Assembly: GCA_000388065.2 (NCBI GenBank) | Contig: KB932202.1 | Origin: Fonticula alba ATCC 38817 | Taxonomy: Eukaryota; Protista; Nucleariida | DNA: 57,773 nucleotides | Strand: one strand, 5' to 3' | Shown: piece by piece, positions 1 to 11,469 of the stretch | Layout: every line of letters starts with the position of its first letter | Position numbering within the stretch: the stretch's first letter is position 1 | The notes under the pieces: generated by a model | What the model was told of the DNA's origin: nothing | Database searches by the model: none | Seen by the model: only the letters and a program-made list of their open reading frames with translations | Made by a program: the position numbers and the translations under genes

Positions 1-2574
1 CATGCTTTGGTGATTGCTCCCCTTTGTCCTTCTTTACCGTTACCCTTGCACAATGTCTCCCCATTGATCGCGGCTGGCGTTCCCCCCCCCCCCCACCCCC
101 CGCCAGGTGCGCCTCCCCACCGGGGGGACATGCTCGCCCATCTGCCCGCCCGGCTGCGCGGCTGCCTGTCGCCATCCGGGAAAGCTGGCGGCGTGGGCTT
201 GCTACCGGTCGGGGCGGCCCATCCCCGGCAAAAAGGGCATGTCCGCGCTTCGGGGGACCGAGCCCGGGCCCACTTGGGCCCCGATGCGTGGATGGAATGG
301 GCCCCAGACGTGTATGTGTGTGTGTCTGGGAGGGGGGAGGATACTTCGTGCGCTCGCTGCGCCGAGCCGGCACAGCCACTTTGGCGGCGCCGACAACCTT
401 CCGATGTCCTGCCCGATGCCGACATTCGCTTCAGGGGCCGACACACCACCGACGCATGGGCGCGACGGTCCGCGAGGCCGACATACGCCCCCCCCCCCCC
501 CCCCCGGCGGCGGCGAGGCGCATCGGCCATAGTGGGGGCGCCACAAGGCGACAAGAACCAGATCGCCAGGATGCGGCATATTCCAAGGGCGCATGTTTTC
601 CCGGACTGCCAAGGACCGAGCCCCCCATATCCCGATGGGGGCGGCCGGCGACGGGGGCCTCTCTTCCATGAGGGGGAATGGCACAACACCATTACGCCAA
701 GGGATGTGTGAAAGGGCCTGTCCTTCGCACCAAGGCGGCCCCGACTTGGGGGCTCGGGCGTTTCGCCGGAAAATATGCCCACGGCCGGAGCAGGTGGCTC
801 TGGCCGCGGGCGGACCGCACATCGCGCCGACGGGCCCGCATGGTCGAGCAGCACCGAGAGCCACAGCCGCAGGCACTCCCGGGGGGCAGGGGGCACGAGC
901 TGCGCCTCGCCCGGGGCCCCATATCCCCAGGGGGTCAGCGTGTTGCCGCCTCATGGCTCTCCTCGCTGGCATCGATCCATTGCGCATGCCGATGTGCCCT
1001 GCGGGATGGCCCCTGGGAGGGCGTGTGCCCGCCCCCGGCGCCGGCCCGAGCACGGTATCCCCGCCTCAGCGGTGTCCTCTTGTCACGCCGCGGCGCCGGG
1101 TGCCGCAGGAGGAGGGGCGAGGGACCGCTCGGCGGGAGGGGGGGGGGGTGCGTGGCGGGAACCGCGGACATGCGCGACCCTTGCCTTCGCGTTTGCTCGT
1201 GGACGGTGGTGTGCTACCGAGCACCCTCCTGGCAGTTAAATGCGTGCTTGGTGTCGTGCTCCGACGGCTGACAGCGCCACCAGTCTGAGGCATTCTGCCC
1301 CTGTTCCGTGGCGAACGGGTTTCGCCATTCCGCACCGACGCCTGCTCACGCGAGGCCTTTAGGGAGGGGGGGGAAGGGGGCCGGGACCCATGCGTCGGTG
1401 AATGTGAGTGCGCATGGGTGCGCGTGGTCCTGCGCCTGTCCGAGGCGGAGGACCGGCGGGCTTGCACACAGAGCCCTTGGGCAGCATCTCGGCGGCGAGG
1501 GTCTCTGACCGGCATCAGCGGGCAGGCTCGTGGTGGCTGGTGGCGTGGCACTCCAGCACCATCCCCACGCGCGGTGCGCGGGTGCCTTTGCCCGCGCGTG
1601 TGGGGTGAGGAGGAGCCTCGCTTGCCTGCCCTTCGCCACGGGCAGCCTTACCCCTGAGAAGGCGCGGCGAGGGGGCACGGCGAGGGGTCCCCCGGAGGCC
1701 AAGGCGCAGAGCGCCCGGAGGAGGAGCGCGCCGAGGCCCGCTCGCGTGCGCACTTGAGCTGACACCCTCGCGTGGGTGCTGTCTGCCCGGAGGCAAAAAT
1801 CCCGGCCGCGTCGTGTTGACCCAGGGCCTGGGAGCGCCACCATACGGGTTTGCTCGGTGCGCCCCGGGGCTCGTGTCTTTCGGGGGTTCCGACAGGGGGG
1901 CGAGCGGCACGCAGCAAGGGAGGGGGGGGGGCGGTGCTGCGAGAAATGGAGACCGCACACAGGGGCGAGCCCGGCCGAGGGCGCTGCCGCACGAAGGCGC
2001 CACCGGCTTGCTCACAAAGAAAGCCCATCCAACGGAATGTTGACGCCTGACCGCGTCACCCCGCCGGCGGTGCCATCGCAAATCGCTTTTCCGAAGAAAG
2101 GACGAACCACATCGATATTGCACGCGCCCCCTGACGCGATATGGTGACCCGGGCCCGGCTGGGCTCGCCCAGCATTGGCCACGCCTCCCCGGGAGGGAAT
2201 GACGCGACCGATCGCCTCTCCGCCGCCGACCGGATTGTGCTTCTCCGAGCGGTGATTGGTCCCCCCCCCCCCCGCCCCTGGCGCCTCGACTCCCGAGAGC
2301 AGGCCCCCGTCGGCTGGCGGGATTTCCGTGCCCCTTGGGCACGTCTGTGGGAGCCTGCCAGCAAGCGCGCAGGTAGGCACACGGCGGGGCCAGGCCACAG
2401 CACGACGCGTTGCCGGCGTGTAGCCGGCCCACGACCTCTCTTCGCTTGGTGCCCGAGATTCTCCTCAGGGCGCTGCCTTTCGGGCGGGGCCTCGCCGGGT
2501 CAGCGTCTCCGTGTACAGGCTGCCCGGCCGCCACATGGAAGGCGCTGTCTGCCCATCGGCCGAGTGTCTGTGCG

Positions 2575-2652
2575 TGGCCGTGTGTGGCCGTGTGTGTGGC
2601 CGTGTGTGTGGCCGTGTGTGTGGCCGTGTGTGTGGCTGTGTGTGGCTGTGTG
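2575..2652. repeat. Imperfect 10-12 bp minisatellite (GTGTGTGTGGCC)n
   Basis: About 7 consecutive gtgtg(tg)tggcc/ggct units read directly in the sequence. Confidence 0.9.
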
Positions 2653-5600
2653 TGCCCTGGCGGAAGGAGTTACCTCCATGTGCGTAATTCGTGTGTCGAT
2701 CGGACGCCGACGCCTAACGGCAAGCCAGCGCCCAAGCAGATGCTGCGGCCGGGCCCTCGGCTTTATCCCGCCCCTCGAGGGGTGCCCCCAGGGGCCCTGC
2801 ATCATGCCCGTGCGCGCGGGTGTCCCTCCTCCGGCACCCGGGGCCGGCGTCATGGTGCTGGTCGAGAACGAGGGGGCTTTTTCTCCCCCCCCCCCCCCTC
2901 CCTCCCCGAGAACTGGGGATCCACCACCGCGGGGGACCCGGTCAAAAGACGGGCTCCGGCCATGGGACAGAAGTCCTCTGTGCAGATCCGGCACACGCAC
3001 ACAGCAGACGCCCCCTCCGCGCTGGAGGGTGCCATCAGGGTCCTCTTCGCCCTTCGGCGCACGGTCATGGCACGCGTTCTTCGGGCCGGTGCCCTGGGCC
3101 GCGTGCTCGGCCCCAGTGCACCGCAGGGTATTGCAAGGTCGCTCCTGCCTCCAAGTCCCTGGTCATTATTCCTTCTGATGCCCGGCCTGCCGCCCTCCCC
3201 CGCGGATGATGACGCGACATGCTTCGCCGGCCCGGGGGGGGGGGGGGACCCTTTCATCCCGATGAGAGGAAAAAGGAGCCAGGGACGGGGCACGCCTGCC
3301 GGCCCGCCCCGAAGCCGCGGGCTTCTCGGTGGCCCTCGGTCCCCCCCGGGCCGGGGCCGCCGCCCACGAGCCATGTAAGTTCCCTCCTGGCTGACCGCAG
3401 GGACAGGGGTGCTTGCTGGCTCGAACCACCCTCCGAGGGCGCGCCCTGCCCCCCCGGCGGGAAAGTCCCATTGGCGGCGGGTGTGTACTTCCCAGGCCCC
3501 CGTGGTGGACTCCCAATTATCTCGGTGAATGACCCGGCGGCACCGGCGCCAGAGGGCACCCTGGCCGCCACCGGCAGGGGGGGGGGGGGGGGGGGGGAGG
3601 AGCAGCCACACGGCCCCCGTTGGAGGACTTGCGGAAATGCTGAAGCGCCGGCCACCCGGCCGAACAATAGCATTCGCCGGCCGGTGGATATAGCCTGGTC
3701 GCCAGACGGCGCAGACGATTCCCCTCCGCGGCACCCCCCCCCCCCCCACCCGTGGGGGAGCCGGGACACGCTGGTCCGGAGCACATTGGAAGTGGCACTG
3801 GCAGTGGCCATGGGTCTGTCCCGGGGGGCCCAGCCCGGCAGCCAAGACGCCGGGATGCTCATGCTCGCCGGTGCGCCTGCCTGGGCCCCGCGCCTCCCCT
3901 CTCGGCATCGGAGCACGGGCACACATGCACCGAGCGGGTGTCTCTTCCCTGTGTGCATAGTGCCTCGGCGCCGGGCGGTCGCCTGGTTCCTACGCGCTCC
4001 TGCCTCATCATGCACGCACACCCATGCGCTTGCCCACTTGCGACCCCGGAGCCCGCGCGCCCGGGGGCTCTCACCGGCGGCAAGTCCCGAGGCAAAGGAG
4101 GTAGCCTCGGGCAGGCTCCGGGCCGCCCGCTCGGGCAGAGTCGGATGCTTCTCACCCTCGGCGGCACATGCGCGTCCATGTGCCCCCGCCCCCGCGCGGC
4201 CCCATGTGTCGGGAACGATCGACACGTACGCATGCATGCACGCACGCACGAGCGCCGCAGGGTACGGGGGAGCAAAAAGCCGGCAGAATACCGCGTGAAC
4301 GCCGGAAGTGGGCCAGGCCCCGCCCCCCTCGGGGGCCCGGGTCGCCGTTCGTCCAGCGCCCCCGGCTCCGCGGACCGGCCCCGAGCGTCTGGCAACGCGT
4401 GGCCCGCGCCGGGCACATGCGCCTGGCAATACTTCTTTGACCCGCCCCCGGACGGGGTATCGCGTCAGGGCGCCCCGGTGGCCCTGCCACGGGTTTGTGT
4501 GTCCCTCGTCATCGGGAACGTTCCCGGTACATGCCCTCACGACAAGGGGGGGGGGGGGGGGGGGGGGACGCGCGGGCGCGCCGACCGGCGCGGGGTCATG
4601 CGCCCCAGGGCGGCTCTTCTTGGTGTGTGAACGCACATCGGTCTGTGGGTGTGCGCGCGCGCGCGTGCCCGCATGCATCAAGAGATCGACGAGGCCCGCT
4701 CGCCGGGAGTGCGGGGCACGTCGGCCGGGGGGCCCCGCGCCACCGCCTCGGTATCAAATGCACGTCCCTCCTGACAGGGGGTGCTTTCTTTCGGCCACGC
4801 CCCCCGGGAGCATGGGTCTGGCCACCGGCCAGCGACCCGGAAAAAAACCCTGCCGAGTGTGCGAGTGATAGGTTGCGCGAAGGTGTGCCCCTTGGTTCTG
4901 TCCCGCGCGGAGGCACGCGCACGCGCGAGATCCTCGCGGCCTGCCCCCCCCCCTTCCTCCTTCCCCCGGAAACGGTTGTCGCGGCCACCGTCCCCAGGCA
5001 GCCGGCCACCTTGCCCTGCGTTGCCTCCACGCGGGGGCCGATCACTGCCCCACGGTCTCCGGCGGCGTGTCCGGTCCGGGCGTCCACCCCCCCGCCCCCG
5101 CCCCTCGTTGGCGTCCGCGCACCAGCCTGCGGTGTTTGCCGGCCACAAATGAAGAACGCCAGGACTGGATTAAACCATGCCGTGCGCGAGAAGGCCGCCG
5201 ACGGTGTAGGTTCTTCAGTATGTCGCACCTGGCAAGGAGGAAAAAGGCGCCAGCCCGGGCACGATGGCTGAGGAAAGTTAGAATATATCTCTCTCTCTCT
5301 CGGCCCGCACTGTCGACCGAAAAGTCCTTCTCCTCATGCACGATACACGATATGTGCTTCGGATTATTAATGGCTCGCCATGGTGTGTGTGTGTGTGTAT
5401 ATATGTATCCCCAGGGCTATTGTTGGCGAAACTTGCCGCCCCGTGCCACGGCCTCACCGCCGCCCGGCCTCCTCCCCGCAAGGTCACGGCCGCGTGGAAA
5501 TCTCTGCTTCCCACCCGGGTCCTGTCTGGTTGGCCCCTCTCGCAGTGGTCCCCTTTTCTCCCCGCCTGCCCACCCCTCCCGGACAGACGAGGGGGGGGGG

Positions 5601-6789
5601 GGGGGTTCTCATTCTCGGCCCCTGTTCTTTCCAGGCCCCGGGGGGGAGGGAGGGGGAGAGCATGACGAGACACTCCCCGCGCGTGCCTACCCCGGGGAGG
5701 GCAGTCAGAAGCAGGAGGAGACCGCACCGAGCGGGCCGGGGACAAACAGATCGCGACACATACTCGCGGTAACCCTGCCCCTCGCGTGTGCGGGGCGGCC
5801 AGCATCGGCCGACCCCGCCCGGAGGAGCCTGCCCCGGTTTGCATCCCCCCGGTCCGGCGGGCGCCCTTCGTCCGGCGCATGTTTTCCGGGATTCTAAACC
5901 TTCCGCATGGCCGTTATGCACCCGCAGAGGCCCGGAAGGTGCTGACCGCTACATCGCTTTATCGCATCATACGTAGGGCCGCCTCAGACGAGACTTTGCA
6001 TTTCTCCCGGGCACGAGGCCCCTCCGGGAAAGTATGCAACACCCTCTCAGCCCGGCCGTCGTCCGGCCTGGCACCCCCCTCATGCCTGCCGCCGGAGGAT
6101 GGCACCCCCTGGCCAATGGCTCGCATGCCTCGGTGCTTGTTCTTGCTGGTGCCCCCCCCCCCCCCCGCCCCACTCAAGAACGCATGGGCGCCGCCGGCGC
6201 GCACGAAGAGACACAGCCCGGTTGCCGTCGTCTCACCAAGGCACGCCATGTTCTCCCGCCCCGCCTCCCATCCCTCCATCGCTCGGTCTCTCGGCAGGTC
6301 GACCATTAGCATCGGGTGCCCCCTCCGGAAAAGCTGAATCGCCCGTCTGGGGGGAAGGAATATCCTCTAGAGGAGGAGAATGCCAAAGCCACGCCCCCGT
6401 CGGGAGGAGGTTAAGCACGCGACGATTAATCGGAACTCCAGAGGTGGGCATTCGCCAGGGGAACCGGGCCCCAAGCATGCCTCGCGAGGGGGCGACACGG
6501 AGTAATCTGCGAAGAAGGGCCCAAGCCCAATCATGAACCCATGAGCATGGGGCACATGATCCGAGGAGACGATCCCTATAGATTGGGAATTTGAATTAAC
6601 GATTGGGATGTTTCTCTAATCTGCATAATGTTATCGGCGGATGGCTCATTACAACCCAGTCCAGATTGTTAATACCTCGTTGGCAGTCCCTTTGCTCATG
6701 GGCTCTGGACCCTCGTTCCACAAAGCGAATTACATGTGCTGTTCTCACTCCAGCACAGAGCACGCACTTCAGCCGTATCCCAGGCCCCT

Positions 6790-6801
6790 TTCTCTCTCTC
6801 G

Positions 6802-6834
<33 letters not shown>

Positions 6835-6843
6835 AGTCTCTCT
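6790..6843. repeat. (CT)n microsatellite
   Basis: Interrupted tctctc tract. Similar (CT)n/(CA)n/poly-C tracts occur in most introns of the window. Confidence 0.9.
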
Positions 6844-7399
6844 CGCACGCACACGCGCACGCACTTCCTGCCCCCCTCCCTTGTCACATGGACTCCGTCT
6901 CCGTCCTCCACCCCCAACAACACCAATGGACACACCCCGCCCTCGACATGCCCTTGCTGCTTGCGCGCTCTCCCCCTCACCGTTTGGGCATCGAACCTCC
7001 TTTTCGCCGAGGCGAGAGAGAGAGAGAGAGGGCATCTATATTGTGTGCGGCGCGCGCGAGAGGAACAAAGCAGGCTGGCGTGCGCCGGGGGTTTTCGTGT
7101 TTTTTTTTTCCCTCCATTGTTCTTCGGCTCTCACTCCTCATTCCTCGAGCCGGTGTGCACGAAAATACACATGTGTGCCTCATGCGGTTTCCAGCCTGAA
7201 ACACACGCGCCCAGGGGCGAGCGAGAAAAGGGAAGGCCAGGCCAGGGACCAAGCGACAGAGAGAGAGAGAAAGAACACGAAGCGGAGGGAGGGGGAGGGG
7301 TAAGAAGGGCTCCCTATGCCTCGAGGGCATGGAGGAGGGGGGGGGGGGAGGAGTGGAGGGGGAGAAGGACCAGGCCGGTTGTTGGACAGGGCCCGCCAC

Positions 7400-10300
7400 T
7401 CAGAAGGTCTCCGAGAACACCTCGTAGGAGGCCGGGCGATGGAGGCGGTTGCGCGCGGCGGCGGCCTCGCTCGTGGAGGCCGCGCGGCCGGTCATCACAT
7501 CCAGCGTGCGCTCGATGGCGGCCTCCTCGAAGCCAGTCAGATACCCGCGGATGCTGGTGTATGCATCGAGCAGGTGAATCTGCGAGGACACCAGCTCGTG
7601 CAGGTCCTGGATGAAAGCCACATTCTTCTGGGGGTTGAGCATGATCTGCGAGTAGTGGCAGTCAAGCAGGATGCTGATCCAGTCGAGCAGCTGGTTGACA
7701 GTTGGCATGCGGATGTACTGGGTGAAGATCTTCCGCATCTTGGAGGGGTGCACGCGCAGGGTGTTCTGCAGAAGGATGAGCAGTCTCCGGAGGAGCTCCT
7801 GTGTGTGTGTGTGTGTGTGTGTGTGTGAGTACTTTTTCATCGACAGGCAGTGGTATTCCCTCTTCCTGCCTCTTCGCCGGGGGCAGCGAGAGGAAGGAGG
7901 CAGACACCGTCATCGCGGTCACACGCGCACCTCAACCTGGTCCAGTGCAAGGGTCTTGACGTGCTGCTCCAGGGCCACATCGCTGAAGGCGGCCGAGAAG
8001 ATCATGGCCCTGGGTTGTTCCACCGAGAGGGAAGAGCGCGAGCCATATGTGTTAGCAGGCGAGAGCACATATCGATCGAATGGGGAGGGAAAAAAATGCA
8101 CCAGCGGAGGGCCGCCCGTTTTGCCTCTGTCCGCCGCCCCCCCCCCCTTCGCCCCCTCCCAGCACCCATCAGCACACACAGCGCCTCCGAGGCACGCCAA
8201 GCCGGCAACGCACTGGAAGAGGATCGACGGCGCAGCCTGGTCAATGGGGAAAGACCGCGCGCTGCGGGAAATGGCCTTGCCGAAGGCCCGGGTGAAGAAG
8301 CTGTTGATGATCTGCGCCCCCCGAGGAGTAAGCGAGTACCGGAGCATGGACACAAGGTGCTCCTCGGCGATCTCGGTCACCTTCAGAACCAGCAGATGCA
8401 GCAGCGGGGCCTGGTGCGTGGTCAGCAGGCGCTCCACCAGGAAGGGAGCCAGCGCGGTGGAGAAGATCCCCGTGGAGAAGAGGACATCCGCCACGGCGGA
8501 GGGGAAGGTGGCAAAGCGCGTCGTGGCCAGAAGCGTAATCTCGTGCAGGGTCCGGTGCGACATGGCCGGCGTCTGCAAAGACGACGGCTGCACCGACCGC
8601 GAGTACTCATCTGTGGGCACAAGCGACGTGTGGATGGGGGAAGGCCGAGAAGAAGGGGAAGAAGAAGGAGGACCATCATGGGGAGGAAAGAGCAAGAGAG
8701 AGAGAGAGAGGGGGGGGGGGGAGGGACACATGGTCAGCGGCAGGCAGGGTGCGCATGGCCAGGGGGGCAATGGGGAACAGGGGGAAATGAGCAGCACCAG
8801 CACTCCAAGCTGACAGGCAGAGCACGGCATTCCGGCTCCGCACGCACCCGGATCATACTGGCGCACATACTGCGGCGAGGCGGTCTGGTTGACGGTGAAG
8901 TACTCCAGCAGGATGGCTGAGAAGGCGTCCGCCGACAGGTCGGCCGCCGACAGCCCCTTCAGCAGAGTCTTCTCGCGCTGCTCCAGGGTCGAGCGCGACA
9001 GCGACCGGCGGTTGTTCAGCTTGTCCAGCGGGACCGAGTTCATGCCGGGCAGGTGATCGGCATCCAGGACGGAGATGTGCTTGCGCGACAGGTCCTGCAG
9101 GCCGAGCGTGTCCAGCAGAGTCGGCGCGCCCGACAGCTGCAGGTGGATGGACGACACCACACCGGAGAGCGATCCGACGGCGGCCAGCGCGCCATGGCGC
9201 TGCTGCAGGCAAATGTGCGGCATCTGCCCGGGGGCCACGGTGCGCGCGGACCCAGCCGCCGAGGCCACCTCATCGGTCGGCGTCGGCAGGATGGCATGCT
9301 GCACCAGGATCCAATGGGCAGTGTCAAAGACACACAGCATGACTAACGGGGCCGAGGGCCGATCGGTGGGTCAGAGGGGGAGGGAACGCGGTGGCAGGGG
9401 GCAGGGCGAGCAAAGGGCCAGCCCGGGGGATATGGACATGGATGGATGGATGGATGAAGGAGGAGGAGGAGCAGGCCAGAGGCGCGAGAGGTTTACGTGG
9501 CTGCCAAGGTGGTGCTTCTTTTTTTTTTGCGACGCACGCGCAGTGGGGCTGCTCTGGATGACGATAAACAGCAGGCGGTCCATCTTGCACAGACCGAGAT
9601 GGAAGGACTTGTTCTTGCGCGAGGCCTGGATACACCGATCACATGCAGGCAGCCATGTGCATGGAGAGGCGCATATGTATGCATATGCGCATGCGCGTGC
9701 ATGGAAGGGGGGGGGGGCGGGGGGGCGGGGGGAGGGGGGAGGGAAGGGGCGCGACATAGGCCGGAGGCCGGTCGTCAAGGTGTGGTCAGTAGATGGATGC
9801 GCGGATGCATGGCCCCTGGCGCCGGCAGCAGGCAAATGGCTCGGGCGAGGACACGCACCGCGGGGGTGTAGTTGTGGGTAGCCGAGTCGAGGATGGCATT
9901 CGAAACCTTGGTCGGGGCCAGCTCGCGGACCTTCTCGACCAGGCTCATCTCCCACAGCTGAATGGTTCCATCGGACCCTATAAAGGCAGGAGCGGGGGGC
10001 GTTTTGCGGCGAGGGGGAATGGCGCATGCGAGGAGGAGCAGGAGCAGGAGGAGGGGCGGTGAGTCATTTGCAGGGGAGGAGCGCCGGAGCTTCGCACATA
10101 GAGGCCAACGTACAGGCCGCCGCGAAGGACCCACTGTCGTACGACGCCGCCGTCAGGGTGGCCGGGGCGACGGACTGTGGGCGACGCCCAAAAGAGCCGG
10201 AACAAATGGAGGGATGTTAGAGACAACCGGCCCGGGCCTTTCCCCCTCCCCTCCTCCCTCGGCCCGCCTGCGCAGGCGCGGCCCTTTCATCAGCGCGCAC

Positions 10301-11155
10301 CTCCAGAGTGAACGGGGCGAGGGCCACCACACGGCCGGCGATCTTGCGCCCAGCCGGCACGGTGTAGCCGAACAGATGCCCCTGGCGAGACCAAATGAGG
10401 ATCGTGGAAAAGTTCGTCCCAGGGATCAGCTGGCAGACAGCCACATCGGCACCAGCCGGGGCCAGGCTCGTGTGCGTGCTGGCCAGGCGGATGGCCGTCG
10501 GGGTGCTGGTGGCCGGGTCGGTGGCATCGTACTCCATGTGCATGACATAGAGGGCGCCGGACTTGCCAATGGCAAAGAGGAAGTCCGAGCCCGCCCAGGA
10601 GACGAGCTTCTCGATCGGCTCGGGCATCTGTGTTGTGTGTGTGTGTGTGTGTGTGTAGGAGCATCAGTGGCCCGGACGAGGCTGTTAGGAAGGGGGCGGC
10701 TCGCAGGGGAGAGGCAAAGGGCACGCGGGGGGGAAGGCAGCGGCCAGGCTGACGGGGCCCGGCAAGGGAAAGGTGATCCTGGAGAGAAAGGACGGCAGAG
10801 AGGGGGGAAGGGAGAGAGAGAGAGAGAGGGAAGAACGCACCTGCACACTCGGAGCCTTCTCAAACTCGGCGTTGCCGAAGGACCAGCAGGTGATCCGATC
10901 GTCAGAGGTAGCCACCGCAAACAGGCCCGGCTGGGCGACGTGCTGCACCGCATCGCAAGAGAACGACACGCTCGGGGGGATGGCCCACTGGTTGACGCAC
11001 TTGCGCTCCTGGATGTTATGCAGCAGCACGCCCACCTCGCTGACCGTGGTGATGGTGGCCGCGCCACCGGCAAGGGTCGAGCCGAAGTTCACGCCCCGGA
11101 TTGACAGCGGGCTGTACTCGGCTAGGGTGACCGGATCGCTCAGGGAGGGAGCCAT
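7400..11155 (-). CDS. NOL11: Nucleolar protein 11 / Utp8-like (t-UTP subcomplex, SSU processome), ~9 exons
   Basis: The N-terminus MAPSLSDPVTLA...GVLLHNIQERKCVNQWAIPPSVSFSCDAV...DDRITCWS resembles the NOL11/Utp8 N-terminal propeller. The C-terminus PTVNQLLDWISILLDCHYSQ...LHELVSSQI...YEVFSETF* fits the NOL11/Utp8 C-terminal domain. I checked phase-consistent GT-AG joins for exons 1-6. Family assigned from remembered alignments. Confidence 0.8.
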
Positions 11156-11459
11156 GTCTTCGTTCTCCGGTGGATGGGTTGGGCGGGGGCTGTGCGTGTG
11201 GATGTGTGTGCGTGTGTGTGTATGGGAGGGGGGGGGGTAAAGGAGGTGGAAAGGGAGGGGACGAGAGGAGGAGGAGGAGGGGTGAATGTGTGCGTGTGGG
11301 AAGGGGAGAGGGGGAGAAGGAGTGGAGGGAGTTGTTCAAGCCAGACACATCTGGTGCGCGCGAAGGGAGCATCACAAGAACCCTGCTCCTCTTTCCGGAC
11401 AGGGGGAGGCTCTGGTTGAAAGCACGAAAGGTACGCGGCTCTTCCTTGCCCCCCCCCCC

Positions 11460-11469
11460 NNNNNNNNNN
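11460..11469. other. Assembly gap (N run) inside a poly-C tract
   Basis: 10 N characters. Confidence 1.

Noticed and set aside
229-245. AAAAAGGGC resembling the U11 snRNA 5' end
   Set aside because: Only 9 nt match, with no Sm site or U11 stems, and I saw no U12-type intron in the window.
107-300. CSPICPPGCAAAC after an acceptor-like cag, suggesting a Cys-rich receptor exon
   Set aside because: The Cys pattern does not repeat or continue; no supportable gene model.
3459-3469. GGGAAAGTCCC (MRP CR-I-like or NF-kB-like)
   Set aside because: No matching CR-V partner was found; it is a short palindrome expected by chance.
4514-4527. Perfect palindrome CGGGAACGTTCCCG (heat-shock-element-like)
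   Set aside because: Only two nGAAn units and no nearby gene start.
5149-5270. ATGAAGAACGC (5.8S rRNA-like 11-mer or box C-like) with a downstream CTGA and a TGAAGAAC/GTTCTTCA inverted repeat
   Set aside because: The flanks do not continue as 5.8S, and there is no terminal stem or recognisable rRNA guide for a C/D snoRNA.
6400-6660. Fragments resembling 5S (GTTAAGCA), U3 box A (AGGGATC), the SRP Alu loop (TGTAAT) and RNase P CR-I (GGAACTCCAGAG)
   Set aside because: Each match is isolated and lacks the other required conserved elements at the right spacing.
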